From Azolla caroliniana (lineage: Eukaryota; Plantae; Polypodiophyta), in contig JBHGNT010000009.1 in NCBI GenBank assembly GCA_043228905.1, positions 5,146,001 through 5,210,000 on the forward strand: a DNA stretch of 64,000 bases, in the 5' to 3' direction. The notes under the pieces are model-generated. The model had not been told where the DNA came from. It did no database searches and saw only the letters and a program-made list of their open reading frames with translations. The stretch's first letter is position 1; every line of letters begins with the position of its first letter. Position numbers and translations under genes: made by a program. Shown one piece after another: positions 48,057 to 59,697 of this stretch.

Positions 48057-50420
48057 CCTTAGCTGCAACTGGCACAATTGGATTCCTCCTTCGTTGGAAT
48101 TCCCTACCTAATTTTACAGATTAGTCAAATAAAGAAATCATCTTACCATTAGCATCTCTCCACCCTAATAGACTTCCACTCCACTAAATTGAGAAGGTCA
48201 GCCTCCATAGAGACGCATTGCAATTTTCCCTCCAAAACTATTATATATGCTAAGAAGGATTCATTAAATGTATAAGCTCTTGCTCCAATCAAGACATTAA
48301 AAGAAAAGAATGCCCCTTACCATATATCGTTTGAATTAAAAGAAGAAGGCAAAATCCTATTACAATCATTACTTATTTCTCGGAACATTAATGTACCACC
48401 TCTTATTGATTTCAAAACTTGTTCCTTAACATCCCTAGAGGATTGATTAAAGTTAACCAAGTACCAACATTAGCCGCAAATGCCTCATCAACCACTGCCC
48501 AATTTAATCTTGTCCTTCTTCCCAACATATTACCATAATCATCCTTAATCAAGGGGTTCCAGCAAATTGGTTGCCTTTTCCACTCATCCTCCCATATAGG
48601 ATGTTTATGCACAAGATTAGGCAGCAAACATTTCCAAGATCTTAACAAAGAGTTAAAAAATTTATCTGAAGAGAAAATAGAAGTCAAAAGTATATCCTCG
48701 TGCACAACCCACCACCTCACATTTCGCTTCCAATGTCCACCTCTAAACGGAACCAATTCCTTCATACGTTCATGAAGTAACAACTTCCATGGCTCATTCC
48801 CTAGCAGCATACTTCTCACAACAAATTTCCCAAGTAATGCTCTACATTAAAACATTGGGTCTATCAACCCTAATCCGCCCTCATGAGGAGGAGATATTAT
48901 TATCTTCCACACAACTTTAGATTTTGCATTTGCATCAAATGCACCCCATAAGAAATTGCGGACAAGCCTTTGTACCTAAGAGAGAACAGATCTTGAAAAC
49001 AACCAAGATTAGAGGATATACCACATCGAAGACAGAAGAACTTGATTAGCAATTACAATTCTTCCAGCCAATGATAAATGCCCCGAACACCAAAACAACA
49101 ATTTCTTCTTCAATGACATCAACAAGGGGGCAATAAGTTCATCATGAGTAATATCAACACCAATTTGACAACCAAGATATCATAGTGACCTCCCATTTGA
49201 AGCCATTGAAAATCCGGATGGGGCAACCAATGTGAAACTCTATTATCCTTCATTCTTATTCCAATGGACTTATTCCAATTTATAATAGCACCTGATAGCT
49301 CACAAAATTCGTGCACCACGCATTGAACATTACGCAAATTTTGTTCCTCCCCATCCACATATAAAGTTGTATCATCAGGAAATTCATTATCAAGCACTTG
49401 CTTATTATTGAATCCCCATTGCAACCCTTTAATTCTTAAGGCATGATTATTAAAATACACATGAAAAGCCTCAGTTATTAATAAGTATAGGAAAGGGGCC
49501 AATGGACACCCTTGCCTAACCGATTTTGAAATAGAGAAGAGAGCATCAACTTCTCCCGCCACATATATAGAGCTAGATGCATTCTTATACAAGGCTCTTA
49601 TCGCCATTACCCAAGCCATTGGAAATCCTAGCTTTAACATAACTTCCTTGAGGAAAGACCAATCAACTCTATCATATGCCTTTTCGAAGTCCAACAATAG
49701 CACCATTAGGTCATCATCCTTCTCTTTTGCTGAAGTTGTAAGCTCCCAAAACATGAAAATATTATCAAAAATAGAACGCTCTTGCATAAAACTCGTTTGC
49801 GATTTATGAATAATATCATTTAAATAAAGGCCGCATACATAAAGCAAGGACTTTAGCATAAATCTTATAGATAGTATTGAAAATAGTTATCAGTCGCCAC
49901 TTCTTAATGTCAACTACTACCCCCTCTAATTTAGGAATCAAAAAACTTAACCCTGCATTCCATTGATAAGGCATATCACCCAAAGTAAAAACCTCTTGTA
50001 ACGCTTCCGTTATACTGATTCCAATGTGATCCCAATAGCAAAGAAAAAATTCAGGAGGAAAACCATTGATGCCAGGACATACATTCTTACTTAAGGCCTT
50101 AATTGCAGCATACACCTCATGAACATTAAAAGGTTTAACTAATTCATTAGCCATAGAAAGATTAACTTTCTTCTTCATAACACACCATAATGTAGATCTT
50201 AAGACCAATTGCTCATGCGTAAATGACTGCCTAGTTAGCAAAGATTTATAAAAGTCTAAGGCAATTCTCCTAATCTCAACATCATCCGATGTTAATGATC
50301 CATCCTCCCTCTCTAATTGTCTGATTACATTCTTAGTACGGCCAATTTGATTTACACGAAAAAAATTAGCATTAACCTTATCTTCAAGATGAGACCATTT
50401 CGTTGAGGATGCACAAAATT
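48057..50420 (-). mobile_element. L1-type LINE ORF2 (RT domain), degenerate; host of the LTR nest
   Basis: CPGING, WRLITIFNTIYKIYAK, LLLDFEKAYDRVDW, SVRQGCPLAPFLY and EFPDDT motifs. Confidence 0.92.
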
Positions 50421-50691
50421 TGTGTTGAGCGCTATAACATCCTCAAATTGTTACATCACAACACGTGTTCGATGCAATTCAGCTCCAACCCACATAGTCG
50501 GTGATCTGGGTTGTCCCCCTCTCGACAATGAAGTTGTGGGTCAAAACCAAGCATTTACCCTTGAGCGAGCACAACCCTTGTGTTTAGTTGCCACTAGTGG
50601 AAAATTCCAGTGACTTCCCTTATTGCGTAATCTTTATCCTTAAAAAAGTCAACAATTAAATACAAAGCCTCAAAAATCATAGTGTCACGTC

Positions 50692-51896
50692 TGTCAGGAG
50701 TAGTACTAAGACAGAGAAGTATTGTTAGGAACAGTACTAAGACAAAGAAGGAATTAGTACTAAAAGATGAGGATTAGTACTAAGGGAGGTGTAGAACTCT
50801 CGAGAGAAGGAAAGAGTGAGAAAGAAAGAAAGAAAGAAAGATGTATTAACGTCTTCTAAGGCCAAATTTGGCCCATGAGACAATTGGTTTACAACAATAG
50901 AGTATTTATCCAGTCATCATAACTAAAAATAAAATTAAGTAAAAAAAATAGAACTTAAACTAAAAGAGTTCTAGTAGTGTACAATATGTAGTATACTCGA
51001 AAGTGACTATACACTAAGCCTAATTTTATTTCCACCCAAGCCTCTCGAAAAGAAGTGGGGGGTCAAAGGGTCTTAATGTGGGTTCCAATGTAGAGAGTGC
51101 CCTAGCCATGGCTTCTAGGCGGTGTAGCTCACGTTCCCTTATTTTCAATATTGCTTCCACATCACGTTGAGTTGCTTTGAAACCCGGCACCCGAGGACGT
51201 CTGGTTCTTCTCTGGTTTTCTGCCTCATCAATGGAAAGGCCGAGTGGTGCAAGTGTGTCGGCATTCGTTGTCTCCTCAGGTTCCTGAAAAACTGCATTTG
51301 TTACATGTTCGTGATCATTAGCAACATTATTGTCAACATTTTGTAATTTATTCTCTCTGTGTTGTTTTAGCTCTAGAATGTATTTGCCTAATTTCTTTAT
51401 ATCTAGAGTATCTAATAGTTTGGGGAGGGTGGGAGACGGACCAAGTATGTCTTGGTATTTTGCCCTTATCTCGGCATAGGTTGGACACTTGCATGTAAAG
51501 TGGTACTCATCCTCTATCTCTATGTGACATAACCTACATATCCTTTCCTCCCTAGGGACTCCACTAGTACGGCCACTAGAGAGAGAGAGAGAGAGAATGA
51601 TGATAACAGAATATATATATTATGTTAAGAGAATATACAATAGTAGCTAGGAGGTTTAAGACTGGCGTTGAACCGATTTGGTTCGAAATAATGCCTTGTG
51701 CCTCCTTTTATAGTGTTCTCGGGAATACTCCTGAAGTTTCTAGAATGTTCCAGAGAAAGCTAGAATATACATCAATTTTATATAGTAAAACTTAAAGGAA
51801 AATAATATTTTTTGCATTACAATATATAGTCTAATGGTCAAGAGCTCAACCCATGTAACATAAGGTCATGGGTTCGAGTCTTGCCATATCATGACA
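50692..51896 (-). mobile_element. Solo LTR of the Tcn1-like family, interrupted by a non-LTR fragment
   Basis: Reverse complement of the 12815/35764 LTRs at 50692-50820 and 51579-51896. TSD ACGTC on both sides. Confidence 0.93.
50822..51578 (-). mobile_element. 5'-truncated non-L1 LINE 3' end (RTE-X/L2-like Cys-His C-terminus) inserted in a (GA)n tract
   Basis: Minus-strand translation GVPREERICRLCHIEIEDEYHFTCKCPTYAEIRAKY, with a (CTTT)n tail. Confidence 0.7.
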
Positions 51897-52896
51897 ACGT
51901 CACTTTGAAATTTCTCCCACATAATTGCTAAGGAATTATCTCTTATTTGCATTAAAAAACTTGAATAATTATACATTTATAGTCAAATCTAGTCATTAAT
52001 TGAATAATCCCTACTACAATTCAAAATGGAGTTATCATTTTTGTAAATAGAGTAAGGCGAACAACACTGTAGGTGGGTCTTCTCCAATCAAACTGTAGAC
52101 CAGGCGACGGTATTGCAGGCGATATGGAGTGAAGTTGTCGTCATGCTAAAGAGCCAATATGATGACATTACAGGTTTATCCAATGGACCCAAAAGACAAC
52201 GATTAGCCACCATCCAACAATAGTCATCCTCTCCCTTTCTTGAGTCAATGGATCTCCACATAAGATGGAACTATCGAGTCCCTTCTAGGATTTGTATATA
52301 ACATTCTCAACTATAAAATTTGATAACTAATGGAAGAGTTTTGTTTTTTGGAAAAAACAAAAACAGAATAAGGTGAAAGATTATAAGAAATCATGGACAT
52401 AACTATGATCGCATAGAAATACAAATCATATGAACAAAACATCTTGTATCCTACAAACGGAATCTGTGTTACATGGTCTTACTAATGAGGTAATTGTTTC
52501 CTTCATGGAAAATAGTTGTCTAGAATCCGGTACACGTCCTTTTGCGGGTGAGGTGGGCAAAGAGTGAATGTTAATCCACCTTCAAGTGAACTAACAAAAT
52601 ACCTATTTTTCATTAGAAATTTCTCTTAACTACTATTGATATTAACCTTTCAACAATGATGCTTGGTATGGTAATATACTAATGGAAATTAACTTACGCG
52701 TTAAGAATGCAAAGAAAATATTAAGAAATCACAAAAGAATTATTACAGACCTAGTCGTGCATATTCCTCAACAACTAAAATATATGCATTTGCTTGCTCA
52801 TGAAAATGTTACAAAGATTAGATAGGCTTGAACAGGTTAGAGTAGGCTTATAAGAGAGATTAAGGATATAAGAGGTTTTGGGAGCTCTAGCTTAGA

Positions 52897-53937
52897 GAGA
52901 TAGATAGATAGATAGATTCTATTATCGTCTTCCGAGGTCAAATATGACCTATGAGACTAAAAATATTACATTTCAGGTGATACATGTGAAAGTGAGTAAT
53001 GAATGTTGCAATCGAGAGTGCACATTGTGGTTGTGTGAGGAATTCGTGCAAGGATTGGACTTGGTCGAAGATGTGTGGAAAGCATGGTCAAATATGATCA
53101 AAGATAGAGAGCATTGTATCAAACTATGATATTCACATTCTTGAACTTGTTTAGGGCAAAGTGTGCATAATCGACCACTCTCATCACTTGTGCCCCAATG
53201 CCTCGTCTCACATCACAATGCATGTAAACTAAGTCGCATGGAAGCAATGGTTTGAATGGTAGACAACGAGATGGGCTCTAACATGTATCGATGTGTATAG
53301 TTTCCCTATTTTGCGAAGAATATAGTTTTGTGGTTAGGTGCAACATGTGTAGTATAATGTGTGAAGCGTGAGCCTCCACATTTGTCCCATGTCATGATAC
53401 ATTGGCATTGCAAGAAGCCCTCATTTACAAAGGAATCTAGTGATGCATCATGAAGCAAATGTGTTGCATCCCATCTACCAAACGACTTTTTCATATCTTG
53501 CATCCAGTCGGAATACAATTTTGCTTTTATGCATCTTTTGGATCCTTTTGCTTGCTTCCCATGCAATTCTAGAAAGTCGATGCGAGGAACTTTTTTGAAC
53601 CTTAAGCAAGTATTCAACAACCCTTTCCATGGCAATGATCTTAATGGGAAGTGACCCCGTCTCAAGGAGGAGGAGGATGTATGGCATTTGTTTCTTAACT
53701 TGTAGAAACTTTGTAAGAAAATGTTCTTGCACATTTTCAAACTCTTTCCAAGTTGATTTAGGGATGTTGGCACCCATACAAAAGCATCGGTGTCACCAAA
53801 GTGTCGAAAAGATATTTCTTGAGAACCCAACACTTAATATCTACTGGGTTGGATGCGTTCTCAAATGCATAATATGCTTGCTTTCTTGCCTCTAAATGGC
53901 GTATTGCACATTCATTCCATCTATGATTTGAAGGAAC

Positions 53938-53940
<3 letters not shown>
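52897..53940 (-). mobile_element. 5'-truncated non-L1 LINE (RTE-X/L2-like) 3' region
   Basis: WKEFENVQEHFLTKFLQVKKQMPYILLLLETGSLPI, then RLCTLC...ECEYH. (ATCT)n tail, and the 5' end abuts (GA)n. Confidence 0.72.
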
Positions 53941-53970
<30 letters not shown>

Positions 53971-54938
53971 TAAGACCTAGGGCTAGTAGTGTAACAACTT
54001 ACCACAAGGGTAAGGTATTTACGATAGAGAGAGAGAGAGAGAGAGTTGGAAGTACTTATCAAAGATTTGCCAAATGTTATCCTGTTGTTATTTGATGCCA
54101 CAACAATAGGTTATTGTTTATTATGTTTAAAATTATCAAAATGATGCATTGGAGATCTTGTTCCAATTTTTATGATAATGGGGATTGTAGCGCATTTGGA
54201 ATATGTATAATACTTTCATGTTTGATGATAGGCATAACCTATGTTAAGAAGTTGAAAGGCATTCTTGGAAGTTTTAACTGTTCGAGTATTTCGGGATCAT
54301 CTCCTCAAATGCATATTCAAGGTTTCTAATGGATTCAGAGAGGTCCCTCTACCTACATAGGTATGTATAGAAGGCTATGAAGTTGTGGGTTTTACATACA
54401 TTTAATATTATTGTGTGCTTTTACCACACACACAAACACAAACAAAATCCAAAATCAAGGAGGAGGAGAAGAAGAATAATAAAAGACTATATTTTCAGTT
54501 TATACTTTTTTTACATTTTTGTTATTCGCGTATTAGGCCACCTTTGGTACCCCCTTTTACATAAACCCTATTCCATGAAGTTCTTTTTGAGAGTTTCAAG
54601 ACATGGAAAGTTCTCCATTGATCTATATTGTTTGTACCCCATTCTAGTGTAGTAGAATGTTTCAAACCAAACATTAATGTTTTATTAAATTTGCCTACAC
54701 AAGTACCAATTGACACTTTTCTTTATAGATATAGGTGTTAGGTAAGGTAATGTATAATCCACTTTCTTCAAATAGAACGGCGATATCCAACACCAAGTAC
54801 CAAAGTATATTGGTGGGTGACCTAGTTTTGGGCATATGACAATCTCATTCTTTCTGTACTTCATTTCAATCTCCAGTATCCTTACTTATACTCTGCCAAG
54901 AAAATAATCATCCTTCAATTGTATCACTTGTATGTGGC

Positions 54939-55138
54939 GTCAAGTTACAACGTTATAAGTTGGATTAATTCTCATTGTGTAAGTGTGCTAATTTCCCAAA
55001 CAATGACATAAATGAAAGCATGACAAGGTTCGAAACATATAACTAGTGTCAGGTTACGACCTTATAAGTTGGATTTATTCTTATTGGGGAAGTGTGTTAA
55101 TTGCACAAACAAAGACATAAATGAAAGCATGTCAAGGT
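54939..55138. repeat. ~109-bp period tandem duplication
   Basis: GTCA.GTTAC.AC.TTATAAGTTGGATT...GACATAAATGAAAGCATG.CAAGG occurs twice. Confidence 0.75.
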
Positions 55139-56199
55139 CTGAAAGTGGTCTAAATACATTGCAAAATATTTTTGTCAACATGGCTAAGACATAATAATGG
55201 ATTTTTATGGTTTACTATATGCAAAACCCCTAATACAAGGTACCATTTTTATACCATATCTATATAGAGAAATTTAAAATGACACGTTGGTGTTGTAAAT
55301 CATTTGTAAAAATATTGTTTTAAAAATCCTCTTCGTGACGTATGGTTACATAAGTACTAGGGAATCCCCGTGTATATGAAGCTATAAAACTTATGAAACT
55401 AGTCTAGCACAAGGTTATCCACATGATTTGTGAAAAATGGTGTCCAAGTTTTCCCTTATAATTGAATTCAATACATGTAACACAATTTAGTTTATGTTCA
55501 ACAAATTGTTTTATGAAGATGACTATATAAAGAATCACAGCATAGTCCTAATCAATTAAGGATTCAATCGAAGCACTATAAAAGTTACTAAATTGACCAA
55601 CATGTCAATTTCCAAATAACAAAACCCCAATCATTGGCCCTTATGATTGTCATAAGATGATTTTTGGGTCTAACGTATTTAGTTGTTGACTTGACATTGT
55701 GCATTCAAGAGTTGTATGATTATTCACGACTCACTATTTAGCAAGTAACCAGGCACAAAAACTATTATCGTGATTGTATGCAAATTAGAAATTAAAATAC
55801 AACATTTCAATAATGTTCATTCTAGGCCATATCTTTTAGAGAGTAGGCTTTGACTTGCACATCAACCATGGTCACATTTCCTTTCAATTAGTGTCTATTT
55901 GTGATAACGGCAATACTTCATGATCATTTTAGCACAAGAGGCTACTTGAGATTGTGAACAAATTTGCAAGCAATTTATGTTTATTTTCTTCCATAAGGGG
56001 ACGAAGTTAGTTTGAGTTCGCAATATTGAAAGCATTAGGCAATATGCTTGATTATCTTTAATTCATGGATTTATTTGACACGTGCTACATCAAAACTATA
56101 CATGAGAAAGGTTTAATACATCATAACTAAATATGATCTCCTCGAAGGATACCTTGCAACTAGATTAAGTGAAATGGACATAATAATTAACCATGATTA

Positions 56200-56350
56200 G
56201 GTTTGGAACAGCCAAGGAAGTGCTGGAAAAGTTTGTTTTTCAAGATGTGAATAGCTTGGAATGCACTCATTATAACATATGTCCAACATGGACAAGGCCA
56301 CAAAGCACTTGATTCATTTGAACAAATGCAAAGCATGGGCATTTCTCTGA
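56200..56350 (+). pseudogene. Degenerate PLS-class PPR gene remnant
   Basis: With one frameshift it reads DV/IAWNALIITYVQHGQGHKALDSFEQMQSMGIS, a typical P-type motif of RNA-editing PPRs. Confidence 0.65.
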
Positions 56351-57079
56351 TTTGGATAATGGTATGGCATCATTGTAATTTCTTTGCCTATAAAGATTGG
56401 TGAGGGGTTTTTTTCTTACTTATCTTACCTAGAAAGATTGGCTAGAGTCATTTGGCATGACTTTACAATATTCGAAGTAATATTAGACTATTTTGTACAT
56501 GGCCTCTGACCACTTTCATTTTAATACCAATGGAGGATATTTTTTCAGGAAAATAATAATAATAATTAACCATGATTAAACTATGCAAAAGCATTTCCGT
56601 TCTACATCATTAATGAGAGATTAGACCCTTGTTCCTTATTGGTTCCTCATAAACATACAAAGATTGTGCTTTGGAACATTAGGGCTAGGTTGTGAGTTCA
56701 AATCTGAATAAATGCAACACTTGGTACTTTCTCTTTGAAATCATGCAATATTAAGATTCCCTTTAAAAACTTCCATCCATTTTACTAAGTACAACAAAGA
56801 TCAAGAATTTTTCTAAAACTCTCTTTCATAAAAATAATTTGGTAATGCTCTTAAAACTCTTCTTCAATAGAAGTATTTTATTACATAGGACCAACATATA
56901 TGGCACATATGCTCAATCAAACTATCGATACTCATGTAAACACAAATTATGGATAGTGTGGATTTACCAAACAGTTCTACACATGGAGAAATTTGTATAG
57001 AGTTTCACAATCTTATTAGATGATTTTGATGGATGGATGAGCAACATTCATAATGACAAATACCATAAGCTTATGTATT

Positions 57080-57081
<2 letters not shown>

Positions 57082-57126
<45 letters not shown>
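57082..57126. repeat. (GA)n microsatellite
   Basis: Uninterrupted AG run of ~22 units. Confidence 0.9.
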
Positions 57127-57128
<2 letters not shown>

Positions 57129-57605
57129 TTATAGAGGAGACTTAGACACACATATGGCCCCAAAAAATAGAGAGAGAAAGAGGACAATAAATTTTGTGGA
57201 GAAGAGATGAGAGGATTATAGGTTTGAAAGGAACCGAAGTAGAAGCATTGTTAAAATGTGATTCGAATCATAAACGAGAGAGTGCTTTCGAATGGAAAGC
57301 TTGGAAGAAGTTGTGGTTTATGTAGTGGTAACATGTAGGTTTCGACCATTCAAAGGCATATGGTGCAGTGCAAAGATGATAGAGAATGTTTAGAGAGATA
57401 GAGAAAATGGTGTAAGAATAACATTTTGTAAAGAAAGATGATGGAGAGAGACCAAAATAAAGTTAAAGAGAATATATTAAATTATGTAGGGGGGTCATAG
57501 ACTAGAGAGAGGGGCCACAAAAAGATATGAAGAGAATAAAAGGGCATGTAGGAGGATAGTGATCCTAATTCTAGTTGTGGAGAGAGAGAGAGAGAGAGAA
57601 GGCAA

Positions 57606-58208
57606 CTATGCGAAGATGAACTCGTACTTGAACCAAAAGAAGAGGTTCCCATTGGAGTCGGTGCCAGAGTCAGCGAGAGGATATGTGATGGCAACACCTG
57701 TAGCAAGCGTGAAGTCATCGGTGCCTCCAACGATAGGTTTAGTGCTATTGAGGCCAATATACTCCAATCCAACAGCAGAGAAGGTTCCATTCAATCCCCC
57801 AATCGAAGCCCCATTATCGATTACGAATGATTCAGACACAAAAATGACTTTACCATTGTTTTGGTCCACAAATGTGTATGTCCCACGAACGCGACCGAGC
57901 AAGGTTGATGACAAGCTCTGGGAAGACAACAAAGGCATGTCGAATGTGTAGCCATTCCCGAACTCGAGGGGTTCAGGGATGGTAGGCCTAGATGTGAGGA
58001 CTGTGTTGTATCCGCTCCCGACCGTGGTGTTAGCGCCTCTCCGAGAAAGATAGTTATATGCGGTTATGGAGGGTAATTTCTTCTTCTTCAAGATCTTAGC
58101 ATGATTTTGGTGTGCCGCGGTTGGTCGCACATATGTTGGCATGGCTATGGCGACAACAAGTAAGGTAGTTATTAGAAGACAATAGCTAATAGAGATTCTT
58201 GAAGCCAT
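57606..58208 (-). CDS. Dirigent-like secreted protein, 200 aa, single exon
   Basis: Signal peptide, FGNGYTFDMPL...SSTLLGRVRGTY (compare FG.V.DDPL...GRAQG.Y), NGTFSAVG, and PIVGGTDDFTLATG (compare IVGGTGDF..ARG). Upstream TATAAAA near 58340. Confidence 0.85.
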   Translation of the reverse strand: MASRISISYCLLITTLLVVAIAMPTYVRPTAAHQNHAKILKKKKLPSITAYNYLSRRGANTTVGSGYNTVLTSRPTIPEPLEFGNGYTFDMPLLSSQSLSSTLLGRVRGTYTFVDQNNGKVIFVSESFVIDNGASIGGLNGTFSAVGLEYIGLNSTKPIVGGTDDFTLATGVAITYPLADSGTDSNGNLFFWFKYEFIFA

Positions 58209-59382
58209 GGAAGCTTGAGGTTTAGGTTACAAATTTTGTACTTAAGAATATTGCCTTTAAGAAGATGACCTTTGTAGCAATATTTTAGGGGTAGGGGTGA
58301 TGAATTGTGTACATTTTGTTAGTCTTTAGAGGATGGGCTTTTATAACAAAGTTATTGCTCAATATTGTCTTCTTTTGACCATTCTCCATCCAAAAACAAA
58401 ATGGCAAACTTTGTTTCTTCTCTTTTAACTTAAGTATAACAAGTTGTCACCTATTCTTTTGTACTTTATAATGCTTCATGCACATTGCGCACATAGTACT
58501 TAACTGCAACCTCATGATTATTCTTTTTCTTTATTATTCAATTTGTCTCCATGGACACACAAAATTAATACCATATGTTGCTTTTATAATTTCTCATATA
58601 TAACAATTCTTGTCTTATTGTTCTACGTGTTGATGTAGTATCCATAAACAAACTACATCTCATGAACTAGAGTATTGACAATTCTTATCTACCAAGCCAA
58701 TCTTGACAAAGACCTCTCCAAAGATGATGTATCCAAAGATGTTATGACTTGGGCTAATGTTTAACATCAACATTATACTAATTGAATTATTGTTGCAATA
58801 TTTCTATTATAAATTATAAATGAGATGAAAAATAAGCTTAATTCAGTCTAGCATCAAAGAATATACATATAACATCATGTCAACTTGGACTAAAATGTTC
58901 AATAGGCTACTTTCCAAGGTCATATAGTAAACCATCATTACAAGTTACAACTTAATCCTAAATGAGCTACTTTCATATATTAGACAATAACATCGCAACA
59001 ACGACGTCTTGAATAAGCTAATTTCATATGCTCTATGATAGCTTGTTGCCTCGCTTCAAGTCATTCTACACCTTCGATAATAAGAAAAACTACATGTTGG
59101 GTGGTGTATATTAAGTCGTTGGACAATATCATCCATGCAATACAATGACATGAGGTACTTCCAATGTTGTTTAGCTTGTATTGGGAGTGCAAACTATTTC
59201 ATCCACAATAATTAACCTTAGAGACATGGTTGTGCCATCTTGCATCGGCTTGTTTTCCACGGTTGATGTTTCAAGTTGTTGTAAACCAACCTAAGCCAAA
59301 TGAAATCAAGATATCATGTTCCATATAGAGATTGAACTATTGAAGTAAATGCATGGTTATTATGTCAACCCAAGAAGACGTT

Positions 59383-59697
59383 AGGTAGATATTATGAATT
59401 AACACATGGGAAGAGAGTTGAAGGGAGAGAATCTAGTAGAAAGCTAAAGGTCTTGACTCTTGGACAATAAAAACAATTCTACTTTTTTAAATACAAAAGC
59501 ACTAGTATTTTTGTGCTTGGAAGTATTGGTTTTACGAAGGCTTGGTAGATATTATGAATCAACACATGAGAAGAGAGTTGAAGGGAGAGAATCTAGTAAG
59601 CTAAAGGGCTCGACTCTTGGACAATAAAAACACTTCTACTTTTTTATACAAAAGCACTAGTATTTTTGTGCTTGGAAGTATTGGTTTTACAAAGGCT
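59383..59697. repeat. ~161-bp tandem duplication
   Basis: GGTAGATATTATGAAT.AACACATG.GAAGAGAGTTGAAGGGAGAGAATCTAG...GGTTTTAC occurs at 59383 and 59544. Confidence 0.88.
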
